A program made the position numbers and the translations under genes. 64,000 bases of DNA from the human T2T-CHM13v2.0 reference genome, Homo sapiens, in the NCBI RefSeq assembly GCF_009914755.1, contig NC_060932.1; one strand, 5' to 3'. Positions 15,591-31,820 of this stretch are shown here, in pieces. Within the stretch, counting starts at the first letter, position 1. Each line of letters opens with the position of its first letter. The notes beneath the pieces were generated by a model that saw nothing but the letters and a program-made list of their open reading frames with translations, searched no databases and had not been told where the DNA came from.

Positions 15591-15744
15591 GTAAGAAAGA
15601 AAGCCTTTCCTCACCCTGTGAGACTGAGCTCCCTCTCTCCATTTATACATTCTCTTTAAGCCCTTTGCTTCTCTTTCAGAGCAATTCACGTTGACCTGGG
15701 TCACCCTCAACTTAAGGCTCATAACTCCCCTAGATCCTCAGGGT

Positions 15745-15992
15745 CCACACTAAGTGTGATGAAATATGATGCAAGCCACATATTTACATTTGCATTTTGT
15801 AATAACCACACTTTAAAAAGTAAAACAAAAGAAGTGAAGGTAATTGGAATAATATCACAGATTTAAACAAATCTATCCAAAATACCAGGTCTACATGTAT
15901 AAAATTTTTTAACAGTAACAAAATACTTTGCTTTCTTTTTATATTAAGTCTTCACAATCTAATGTGTATTTGACACTTCTCGCACATTTCAG
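15745..15992. mobile_element. MER3/MER33-like hAT DNA transposon fragment
   Basis: gcaagccacata...aataaccacactttaaaaagtaaaa...tgtgtatttgacactt..gcacatttcag. Confidence 0.55.
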
Positions 15993-15993
15993 A

Positions 15994-16792
15994 ATGATGG
16001 CAGCAGCCCATATGGGGGGCCCGCCCATGATGCCAAAGATGGGCCCTCCTCCTCCTGGGATGATGCCAGTGGGACCTGCTCCTGGAATGAGGCCGCCCAT
16101 GGGAGGCCACATGCCTGTGATGCCTGGGTGCCCAATGATAAGACCTCCTGCCCGTCTCATGATGGTGCCCAGTCAGCCCAGAATGACTCGACCAGACAGA
16201 TAAGGATAGAGGGGAGGCCTCATTGCATCAGTGTTGTTTTGTTGTTGTTATTGTTGTGTTTTTTTTGTTTGTAATGTTTTGTTTTGTTTTTGAGACAGAG
16301 TCTTCCTCTGTCGCCTAGGCTGGAGGGCAGTGGCATGATCTCAGCTCACTGAAACCTCCACCTCCCGGGTTCAAGCGATTCCCCTGCCTCAGCCTCCTGA
16401 GTAGTGTGGGACTACAGGCGTATTCACCATGCCCGGCTAATTTTTTTTATTTTAGTAGAAACGGGGTTTCACCATGTTGGCCAGGATGGTCTCAATCTCC
16501 TGACCTCGTGACTCGCTCGCCTCAGCCTCTGAAAGTGCTGGGATTACAGGTGTGAGCCACTGCACCTGGCCTATATGAATTTTATATTTACCTGCTCCCT
16601 TCACCAGGAGATCATGCTGCTGTGATGTCGAGTTTTCTTAACAGCATAAGGAAGACTTGCCCTCTTGCCCTATCAAAGAGAATAGTTTTGGAGGGGAGAA
16701 GTGGGACCAAAAAAGATGCAGTTTTCATTTGTATTGGGAAATGTGAAAATAAAATTGACAACTCTTTTAGTTAAAAACAAAAAAAAGAAAAG
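15994..16792 (+). pseudogene. SNRPC: SNRPC (U1 snRNP C) 5'-truncated processed pseudogene; 3' UTR interrupted by an Alu
   Basis: [36 protein letters not shown]...MTRPDR* (stop at 16203) matches the U1-C C-terminus. 3' UTR resumes ~16572, with AATAAA at ~16748 and an A-rich tail. Confidence 0.93.
16232..16571 (-). mobile_element. Alu inserted in the SNRPC pseudogene 3' UTR
   Basis: T/G-rich tail followed by antisense AluSc-like sequence. Confidence 0.9.
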
Positions 16793-17509
16793 GAAACAAG
16801 ATGTGGGGCTGCCATATGTAATACCGTGGATTCCACGGATCTTCTACTCTGGAGGCAAATATTATCTTTGCTGAAGCCAGACCAACCTGACACAAAGACC
16901 TTTTGTTTTTTTAATGTGACTGTGTTTTATTTTAGAATGTGTAATTCACTTTAGAAGGGCAAAGTACCTGTCTGGGGAAGACTATTTAATTTCCTGCATT
17001 TATTTAGAATGTTGGCTGATGTTATTATGAAGGGAAACAGCTCTAACAACTGAGTGCCCCCCACATAGCCACAGCTCATGAGTTCACGGGGCAAAGGAAA
17101 TGAACAGCAGCCTCCTAATAGCCAGCCTTCTTTGTGATGTGGAAATAATTATCAGCATGTAAAAGACTATATATATATTCAACAATTCTGATCCCCTGAA
17201 AAATTCAAATCTACAACTGATTTGCTTCCTGGGCTCCTGAAAACAACTTTGTCAAAATTGTTCAGAAATATAATCAGCCAATCGTTGCCCCTTGGGGACG
17301 CAGGATAAAGCAAGTCAGCCATGACCAATGAGGAGTCGGCCGTGCACAATTACATGCAGACCTGCAGGACATCGAGTCCCTGCTATGGTCCCTCCCCAGT
17401 CAGGCCCCCATTGCCTGGGCTGCAGCCAGAAGCATTCAGGCACAAGTGCATTCAACAAATACTTATTTAATTGTATTGGTGGTTAGAGGGTTGCGATTGA
17501 TTAAGGTAC

Positions 17510-17915
17510 ATTAATGGATCCGTGTCCTCCCTGTATCCAAGATTCTGCCATTTGTCTCTGCAGTTCCTCCCACTGAAGAATCGGAGTATATTTCTCCAGT
17601 CCCTAATGTTGGGTTTAGTCATGTGTCTAGCTTTGGCCACTGGAATATTAATCTGTATGACCAAAAACTTGGAAAGTGTGAATTCATTTCTGCTCACTCA
17701 CTCCTGCTATCACCATGAGAACAAGCCCAGGCCAGACTGCTGCTTCCAGCAGAAGAGACAACAAGAGCAACGTCGAGCTTCCCAGACATGCTCATGCTAG
17801 ATTGACCAATCCTCAGCTGACCCATAGATCCATGAAAATAAACGATTGTTGTATTAAGCCACTGAGATTTGGAGTGACTTGTTATGCAGCATTTTGTGAC
17901 AACAACTAACTGACA
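17510..17915 (+). mobile_element. MLT1 (MaLR) LTR
   Basis: ccatgagaacaagcccagg...taagccactgagatttgg...aactaactgacaca terminus. Confidence 0.65.
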
Positions 17916-18091
17916 CAAGAGTCACCGTCCTTTATCTCTGTAGATTTTAACCAATTTTAATAGCTAGATGGAGATCTTCTAGTTGCCTTTATTTATAATG
18001 AATATGACTGTAGAGCTAGTTTGGCCTGACACTACCAGTAACCTACCCAGAAATTCAGAAATACTTTCTTCTCCAACCCGCCCCAACCAAC

Positions 18092-18386
18092 TTTTTGTTT
18101 GTTTGTTTTTGGGTTCTCCCTCTTTGCCTAGGCTAGAGTACAAATGGTACAGTCAGAGCTCACTGTAGCCTCAAAATCCTGGGCTCAAGTGATCTTCCCC
18201 TTCAGCCTCCTATGTAGCTAAGACTACAGACATGTGCCACCATGCCTGGCTAATTTTTTTATTCTTTGCAGACAGAGGGTCTCACTATATTGCCCAAGTT
18301 GGTTTCAAACTCCTGGCTTCAAGCAGTCCTCCTGTCTCACCCTTCCAAAGTGCTAGGATTACAGGCATGAGCCACCACACCCAGCC
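18092..18386 (-). mobile_element. AluJ
   Basis: Diverged antisense Alu. Confidence 0.88.
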
Positions 18387-18479
18387 TCTTCTTCTTTTTA
18401 AATAGAAACCTTATTTTATTCTGACAGTGGGTTGCTTTTTTTTTTTTTTTTTTTAAAGAAAAAGTTGGCCCAGCCCCAG

Positions 18480-18712
18480 GGAATAAATTTTGACTGCTCT
18501 AAACAACCATAGACCAAGGGCCAAATCTGGCCCTCTGACTGTATAAATTAAGTTTTACTGGAATAAAACCAGGTCCATTGATTTATCCATTGTCTACATA
18601 CGCTTTTAGGCTACGATGGCACCACTGTGTCACTACAAAAGAGGTTATCTAGACAAAAAGCCTAAAATATTACCGTTTGCCTCTTTATGGAAAAAGTTTG
18701 CCATTCCCTAGT
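18480..18712. mobile_element. MER58A-like DNA transposon
   Basis: gggccaaatctggccc...aagttttactggaat...aaaatattaccgtt...aaaaagtttgcc. Confidence 0.6.
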
Positions 18713-19328
18713 CTAAGGTTTAGATTCTGAGCTTATCATGTTATCCTACCCCCCCTCACCAGTGACTGGCTCAAAACAAGTCTGTGATTCCATTCTGACT
18801 GTTCTACTGAGGGAATTCCGCCTTCTTCTCATGCAGAGCTGATGAGGGTAAGTTGTATTAATAGGACATATGCTCAGGTTTTCTGAAAAATACTTTTATC
18901 TAGAAATGCATAGGAATATGCTGGTGCCCGAATGTACCATCCGGGGACCTGGAGATTGACTCACCTGCCTCCAGAGCTGGTGCTCACACTTACTACTGAG
19001 AGGCCTGAGGAAACGCCTGCCTACCCACCACCAGAACCTGTATAGGTCACCTGGAGAACTAGAGATCAGCCTGCCACACACACCACCCAGGAGCCCAGTG
19101 GTGCACCTGCCCATCTGGCCCACTGCCAGCAACCAAAGAAGCCACCTGGAGTCCCAGGGATTGGCCCACACAGACAGGCTATCATCAGTGCCCACAAACG
19201 CTGCCCATGGTCCCTAGTATTGACACACCTGGTCCACCGCCACTACCACTGATGCTGAAGGACAAGACTTCCTGGCATCCCCATCCTCAGCAAAGCCTCA
19301 CCACAGCCTCCAATAACAACTGCAGTCT

Positions 19329-19651
<323 letters not shown>

Positions 19652-20688
19652 TCACAGGCACCACCCATGCCAATTACAGCTGAAGGAATCATATGCAAAC
19701 TATACCACTGTACCCACCCAGAATCAAAGCCAAAGTGTGATATCCAATGAACACTGTAGATACAGCTGTAAGAAAAGGTCTTTCCCATATAAAAGCCAAT
19801 CCATAAAATTGGAAGAAATGACTGTTATGTCAGAGGCACAGATAGTCACATAAGGATGCAAGAAATATGAAAAAGGAAACATAACATCTCAAAGAAGCAC
19901 AATAATTCTCCAGCAACAGATCCAATGAAAAGAAAATCTATGAAATACCTGAAAAAAATTCAGAATGATGTTATTAAAGAAACTCAGGGAGATACAAGAG
20001 AACACAGATAATGAATACAAAAAAAAAAAACAAAAACAGGAAAACTATTCATGATCTGAATGACAAATTCAACAGAGATAGACAGCATAACAAAGAACCA
20101 AACACAAATCCTGGAAGAGAATAAATCATTGAAATAAATACAAAAGATAATTGACAGCTTTAACAATAGACTAGATCAAGCAAAACAAAGAATTTCTGAA
20201 CCTGAAGACTAGTCTTTTAAAATAATCCAGTCAGACAAAAAGAAAGAAAAAAGAATGAAGCAAGGCTACATGACATATGGGACACATATGTGACCAAAAA
20301 CTGAAATTCTGGGAGTTCTGGATGGAGATGAGATGGGTAAAGGCATAGAAAACCTATTTAATGAACTAATAACTGAAAACTTCCTGAATGCTTCCAAATG
20401 CAGGAAGCTCAAAGATTACCAAGTAAATACAACTCAAAATGGTCTTCTCCAAGGCACAATATGGTAAAATTGTCAAAAGACAAAGAGAAAATGCTAAAAA
20501 CAGCAAGAGAAAGGCATCAAGTCACTTATAAGAGAATCTCCATCAGGCTAACAGGGAATTTCTCAGCAGAAACCTTACTGGCTAGGAGAAAAGGGGATGT
20601 ATATTACAAGTACAAAAAAAAAAAAATAATAAAAAAATGTAAGCCAAAAATACTCTACCCAGCAAAGCTATCCTTCACAAATGAAGGA

Positions 20689-20855
20689 GCCTGGCACAGT
20701 GGCTCACATCTGCAATTCCAGAGACTCAAGGCTGAGGCAGGAGGACCATTTGATCCCAGGAGTTCAAGGCTGCAGTGAGCTATGATCATGCCACTGTACT
20801 CCAGCCTGGGTGACAGAGTGAGACTCCATTGCTAAAAAAAAAAATAGTAATAATA
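20689..20855 (+). mobile_element. Alu monomer (FLAM/FRAM-like)
   Basis: Single ~150-nt Alu arm with A tail inside L1 ORF1. Confidence 0.75.
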
Positions 20856-21108
20856 AAAGGGAAAAAAGTATTTCCCAGATAAGCAAAAGACTGTTTGTTT
20901 GTGTCTTGTTTGTTGTGGTCCTATAAGAAATGTTTAAGGGAGTCCTACATTGGGAAGTGAAAGAACAATATCTACCATCATGAAAATACATGAAAGTATA
21001 AAACTCACTGGTAGTTCAGACACACAAAGAAGAAAGGATTCAAACATCACCACTAAAGAAAACCACCAAACTGCAACCATAAATAATGAGAGAAAAAAGG
21101 AACAAAGG

Positions 21109-23412
21109 TGTATTAGTCTGTTTTCACACTGCTGATAAAGACATACCTGACTGAGACTGAGCAATTTACAAAAGAAAGAGGTTTAATGGACTTACACTTC
21201 CACATAGCTGAGGAAGCCTAAGAATCACGTTGGAAGGCAAGGAGAAGCAAGTCATGTCTCACATGGATGGCAGCAATCAAAGATAGAGCTTCTGCAGAGA
21301 AACTACCCTTTTCAAAACCATCAGACCTTGTGAGACGTATTCACTATCATGAGAACAGCATGGGAAAGACCTGCCCCCATGACTCAATTACTTCCCACCA
21401 GGTCCCTCCCACAACATGTGGGAATTCAAGATGAGACTTGGGTGGGGACACAACCAAACCATATCATTCTGCCCCTGGCCCTTCCCAAATCTCATATCCT
21501 CACATTTTGAAACCAATCATGCCTTCCCAACAGTCCCCCAAAGTCTTAACTAAGTTCAGCATTAACTCAAAAGTCCACAGTCCAAAGTCTCATTTGAGAC
21601 AAGGCAAATCCCTTCTGCCTATGAGCATGTAAAATCAAAAACTAGTTAGTTACTTCCTAGATACAATGTGGGTATAGGCATTGGGTAAATACAGTCATTC
21701 CAAATGGCAGAAAATTGCCAAACAAAGGGGCTACAGGACCCATGCAAGCCCAAAATCCAGTGGGGCAGTGAAATCTCAAAGCTCCAAAATGATCTCCTTT
21801 GACTCCATGTCTGACATGCAGGTCATACTGATGTATGACCATGGCCTTGGGAGAAAAAAGGCCACAGCTCCACTCCTGTGGCTTTGTATGGTTTAACCCC
21901 CCTCCTGGCTCCTTTCACGGGTTGGCATTGAGTGTCTGCAGCTTTTCCAGGCACACAGTGCAAGCTGTCAGTGAATCCACCATTCTGGGGTCTGGAGGAT
22001 GGTGGCCCTCTTCTCAAAGCTCCACTAGGTGGCGCTGCAGTAGGGACTCTATGTGGGGGCTCCGACCCCACATTTCCCTTCTGCACTGCCCTAGTAGAGT
22101 TTCTCCATGAGTGCCCTGCCCCTGCAGCAAACTCCTGCCTGGGTATCTAGGAATTTCCATACACCTTCTGAAATCTAGGCAGCAGTTCCCAAACCTCAAT
22201 TTTTGACTTCTGTGCACCCACAGGCTCAACACTATGTGGAAGCTGCTAAGGCTTGGGGCTTGCACCCTCTGAAGCCACAGCCCAAGTTGTACCTTGGCTC
22301 CTTTTAGCTGCAGCTGGAGTGGCTAGGACTCAGGCACCCTAGGCTGCTCAAAACAGGGGTCCCTGGGTCCAGCCCACAAAACCATCTTTTCTTCCTAGGC
22401 CTCTGGACCTTTGATGGGAGGGGCTGCCATGAAGACCTGTGACATGCCCTGGAGACATTTTCCCCATTGTCTTGGGGATTCACATTTGACTCCTCGTTAC
22501 TTAAACAAACTTCTGCAGCCAGATCGAATTTTTCTTGAGAAAATGGGATTTTCTTTTCTATTGCATTGTCAGGCTGCAGATTTTCCAAACTTTCATGCTC
22601 TGCTTCCCTCATAAAACTGAAGGCCTTTAACAGCACCCAAGTCATCTCTTGAATGCTTTGCTGCTTAGAAATTTCTTCTATCAGATACCCTAAATCTCAA
22701 GTTCAAATACCCTATCAGTTACCCTAAATCTCTCAAGTTCAAAATTCCACAAATCTCTACAGCAGGGGCAAAAAGCCACCAGTCTCTTTGCTAAAACATA
22801 ACAGGAGTCACCATTGTGCCAGTTCCTAACAAGTTCCTCATTTCCATCTGAGACAACCTAAGCCTAGACTTTATTGTCCATATAACAATCAGCATTTTGG
22901 GCAAGTCTCTAGGAAATCTCTTCCAAATTTTCCCACATTTTCCTGTCTCCTTCTGAGCCCTCCAAACTGTTCCAACCTCTGCCTGTTTCCCAGTTCCAAA
23001 GTCACTTCCACATATTCAGGTATCTTTTAGCAACACCCCACTTCTGGTACTAATTTACTGTATTAGTCCATTTTCACACAGCTGATAAAGACACATTCAA
23101 GACTGGGAAATTTACAAAAGAAAGAGGCTTAATGGACTTACAGTTCTACATTGCTGGGGAGGCTTCAAAATCATTGCGGAAGTCAAGGAGAGGCAAGTCA
23201 CATCTTACAGGGATGGCAGCAGGCAAAGAGAGAGCTTGAGCAGGGAAACTCCTCCTTTTAAAACCATCAGATCTCATGAGACTTATTCACTATTAAAAGA
23301 ATAGCATGGGAAATACCTGCCTCCATGATTCAACTACTTCCCATTGGGTCCCTCCCACAACACATGGGAATTCAAGATGAGATCTGAGTGGGGACACAGC
23401 CAAACCATATCA
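21109..23412 (-). mobile_element. Complete THE1 MaLR retrotransposon (LTR 21109-21466, internal region, LTR 23059-23412)
   Basis: Two ~355-bp LTRs (tgtattagtc...accatatca) flank a ~1.6-kb THE1-int. 5-bp TSD AAAGG at 21104-21108 and 23413-23417. Confidence 0.93.
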
Positions 23413-25575
23413 AAAGGATATTCAAAATAACCAGAAAACAATGAACAAAATGACAGGAATAAATCCTCGCCTATCAATAATAACTTCGAATATGGGTTAA
23501 ATTACCTACCTAAAAGATACAGTCAGGCTTAATGGATAAAAAGTGACCCAACATCACTTCCCTTGTAAAGACACACACAGACTGAAAGTGAAGGGATGGA
23601 AAAAGATATACCACACAAACAGAAATCAAAAATAATCAGGAGTAGCTAAACTTACATCAGATAAAACAGACTTTAAGTCAAAAACTGTAAAAAGGACAAA
23701 CAAGATCATTATATGGTAATAAAGGGATCAATTCAGCAACAAAGTATAACAATTCCAAATATGCATGCAACCAACACAAGCACATCCAGAGACATATAGC
23801 AAATATTATTAAATCTACATGGAGAGATAGAGTCCAATAAAATGATAGTTGAGAACTTCAATATCCTACTCTCAGCATTGGACAGTTCATCTAGACATAA
23901 AATCAACAAAGAAACATTAGATTTAAGCTGCACTTTGGACCAAATGGACCTAACAGATATTTTCAGAATATTTCATCCAGCAGCAGCAGAATATACAATC
24001 ATCTCATCAACACATGGAACATTCTCCAGGATAGACCATATGTTAGGACACAGAACAAGGCTCAATAAAATTTTAAAAATTAAAATCATATCAAGTATCT
24101 TCTCAGACCACAATGGAATAAAACTTGAAATCAATAAGAAGAAGAAATTTGGAAACTGTACAAATATATGGACATTAAACATGCTATTGAATAATCATTG
24201 GGTCAATGAAGAAATTAAGATGGACATCAAAAAAATTTTTTAAACAGAAAATGGAAAAACATCATGCAAAACCTATGGGATACAGCAAAAGCAGTACTAG
24301 GAGGAAAGTTTATAGCAATAAATGCCTACACCAAAAAAGTAGAAAGATTTCAAATAAACAACCTAATGATGCACCTCAAGGAACTCAAAAAGCAAAAACA
24401 AATCAAACACACAATTAGTAGAAAGAAAAAATATAAATAACATAGCAGAACCAAATGCAACAGAGACAAAAAAAAATGCAAAGAATCAACAAGATAAAAG
24501 TTGGTTTTTTGAAAAGTTAAACAAAATTGATAAACCACTAGTGAGGCTAACCAAAAAAAAAAAAAAAAAAAAAAAAAAGACCAAAATAAATACAATCAGA
24601 AATGAAAAAGGAGACATTACAAGTGTTACCAAAGAAATAAAAAGGATAATTAGAGGCTATTATGAACAATCATATGCTAACAAATTGGAAAACCTAGAGG
24701 AAAGGGATAAATTCCCAGACATACACAGCCTACCAAGGTTGAACTAGGAAGAAACAGAAAACGTGAACTGACCCAAAATGAATAGCAGGTTTGAATCAGT
24801 AACAAAATGTCTCCCAAAGGAGAAAAGCCCTAGACTAGGCTTTTATGCTGATTTCTACCCAATTTATAAAGAAAAACAAACACCAATTCTTCTCAAACTA
24901 TTCCCAAAAATTGAAGAGGAAGGAATTCTTCCTAACTCATTGTATAAGGCCAGCATTACCCTGATATCCAATCAAGACAAGGACACAACAAAAGGAGAAA
25001 ACTACAGGCCAATATTCCTAATGAACACAGATGGTAAAATTCTCAGCATAATACTACCAAGCCAAATCTAATGATGAATGAAAAAGATAATATACCATGA
25101 TTAAGTGGGATTTATCCCAGGAATGCAAAGGTGGCTCAACATACACAAATCAATACATGTGATACATCACATTGACAAGATGAAAGGCAAAAACTATCTG
25201 ATCATCTCAGCAGATGCAGAAAAATCACTCAGTAAAACTTACCATTCCTTCATGATGAAAACTCTCAACAAATTAAGCATAGAAGGAACACTTCAACCTA
25301 AGAAAAGGCATATATGACAAATCTACAGCTAACATCCTACTCACTGGGAAAAATTGAAAAGCCTTTCCTCTAAGAACTGGAACAAGAGAAGGATGCCCAC
25401 TTTCACCACTCTTATTCAACACAGTATGGGACATCCAAGCCAGAGTGATCAGACAAGATAAAGAAAAAAAAGGCATCCAAATGGACAAAAGGAAGTCCAA
25501 TTGTCTCACTTTGCAAATGACATAATCGTATACCTGTAAACAGAAAAACCTAAAGACTCTACCAAAAAACTCTTA

Positions 25576-25894
<319 letters not shown>

Positions 25895-26388
25895 TTAAAA
25901 AAGGATGTATAATTCAGTAAAGCTTCAGGACACAAAATCAACATACAAAAATCAGTAATGTTTCTATATACCAGTAACAAACTAGCTAAAATAGAAATCA
26001 AGGAAGAAATTCTATTTACAATAGCTACAAAAATAAAATACCTAGGAATAAACTTAACCAAGGATGAGGAAAAAAAAAACCCAAAAAACCTCTACAATGA
26101 AAACCACAAAACACTGATAAAATAAACTGAGAAGGACACAAACAAATGGAAAGGCATCTTATGCTCGTGGGTTGGAGTAACTAATACTGTTAAAATGACC
26201 ATACTACCCGAAGCAATCTAGAGATTCAGTACAATCCCTATCAATTATATTCTTCACAGAAACAGGAAAAAAAAAAACCCTGAAATTCATATGGAAACAC
26301 AGAAGACCCCAAATAGCCAGAGCAATACTGAGCAAAAAGAACAAAGCTAGAAGCCTCACACTACCTGATTTAAAAATATACTGCAAAG

Positions 26389-27572
<1,184 letters not shown>

Positions 27573-29100
27573 TACACAGCTATAGTAACCAAAACAGCGT
27601 GTACTGGTATTAAAACAGACACAAAAACAAAGGAAACAGACTAAAGAATCCAGAAATGAATCCACATATTTACAGCTAACTGATTTTCAAGAAAGCTGTC
27701 AAGAACATGCATTGAATAAATGACACCCTCTTCATTAAATGGTGCCAGCAAAACTAGATATCCAAACACAGAAGAATAAAACTAGACCCTTATCTCTCAT
27801 CACTTAGAAAAATAAACTCAAAATCAGTTAAAGACTTAAATGTAACAGCCACAACTATAAAACTACTAGAAATAAACACAGGAGAAACGCTTGAGAACAA
27901 AGATTGTATGGCTAACGCTTAAAAAGTACAAGCAACAAAAACAGACAAATGGGATTATATTAAATTAAATTCCTTCTGTATATCAATTAAAACAATCAAC
28001 AGAGTGAAAAGACAACACCCCTCCCTTACACCACACACAAAAATTAACTCAAGATGGCCTGCAGACTTAAATGTAAAACCCATAACTATAAAAACGCTGA
28101 AGACAACCTAGGCAATACCATCTGGTACATAGTGATGGGCAAAGAGTTCATGGTGAAGATGCCAAACGCAATTGCCACAAAAGCAAAAATTGGCAAATGG
28201 GATCTAATTAAATGAAAGAGCTTCTACACAGCAAAAGAAACTATCAAAAAATAAACAGACATTTCTCAAAAGAAAATATACAAATCACCAAGTTTATGAA
28301 AAAATATTCAACATCACTAATCATCAAGGAAATGCAAATCAAAACCACAATGAGATATCATCTCACACTTGTTAGAATGGGTATTAAAAAGACAAAGCAC
28401 AACAAATGCTGGCAAGCATGTGAAGAAAAGGAAATTATTGTATATTGTTAGTGGGAATGTAAATTGGTACAGCCATTATGAAAAAAAGTACAGAGATTTC
28501 TCAAAAAACTAAGAACAAATCTACCATATGATCCAGCAATCCCACTCCTGGGTATATATCCAAAAAAAGATATCAGTGTATCAACGGGATACCCATACCC
28601 CCATATTTACTGCAGCACTATTTGCAATAGCCAAGATATGGAATCAATCTAAATGTCAATCAATGGATGAATGGATAAAGAAAATGGGAATATACGCACA
28701 ATGGAATAGTATTTAGCCATAAAAAAATGAAATCCTGTCATTTTCAGCTAATTGGGTGGAATTAAAGGTCATAACGTCAGGTGAACTAGGCCATGCACAG
28801 AAAGAAAACTATTGCATGTTCTCACTTATACGAGCAGCTTATGCTCCTGGAAATCAAAGCGGGGCCATATTTCAGGTCAGTAGGATCACGGATAGAGACC
28901 ACAGTTATGGACTTGTGTGCCCTGGAGCTATATAAAATTGATATCATGGAGATAAAGAGTAGAATGACAGTTACCAGAGGCTAGGAATAGGAGAGGTTTG
29001 AAAAGAGGTTGATTAATGGGTATAAAAATATATAATAGAAGGAATGAGATCTAGTGTTTATTATCACAGAAAGTGACTACAATAATTTATTGTATATTTC

Positions 29101-31242
<2,142 letters not shown>

Positions 31243-31820
31243 ATTTATTGTGTATTTCTAAATAGCAATAAGATTTGAAATATTCCCAACACAAAGAAAT
31301 GATCAATGTTTGAGGTGATTAATATCCTAAAGACCCTGACTTGATCATTACACATTACATGCATGTACCAGAATCTCACATGGACCCCATAAATGTGTAC
31401 AATTATTCTCTATCAAAAACATTTTTTTTTAAGAAACATGCAGGAATACACTCTACCTCTTCCTTGCTGTGTCTGGATATTGTCACATGAGGACTTGACA
31501 TGCGGATTGTGGCAGCCTCTGTGACCAAGAGAGGAAGACAACAGCAGCATAGAAACCTCAAATGAAAAATCTAACATCTCAAGCTACTAATTTAGCCAAC
31601 CTTGGCATCAGCTATCTCTGGTCTTAGTATATGAGGCGATAAGCCCCCACTGTTCAAGTTGGGTGTCTATCAATTGCTGCAGAATAGAAGTTAATGAGGC
31701 TTCCTCCTCCTGGATACCCTACTAGACCCTGACATGCCCATTCAGTCACAGGCAGAAAGGGAAGCACAGGGTAAGGAGACCTGGCTGACTGTGCCAGACG
31801 CAGATCTTACCTGTCCTGCT

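Noticed and set aside
21109-23412. PRDM9 hotspot motif in the THE1 LTRs
   Set aside because: The equivalent positions read CTTCCTCAGCTAT and CCTCCCCAGCAAT on the minus strand, not CCTCCCTNNCCAC.
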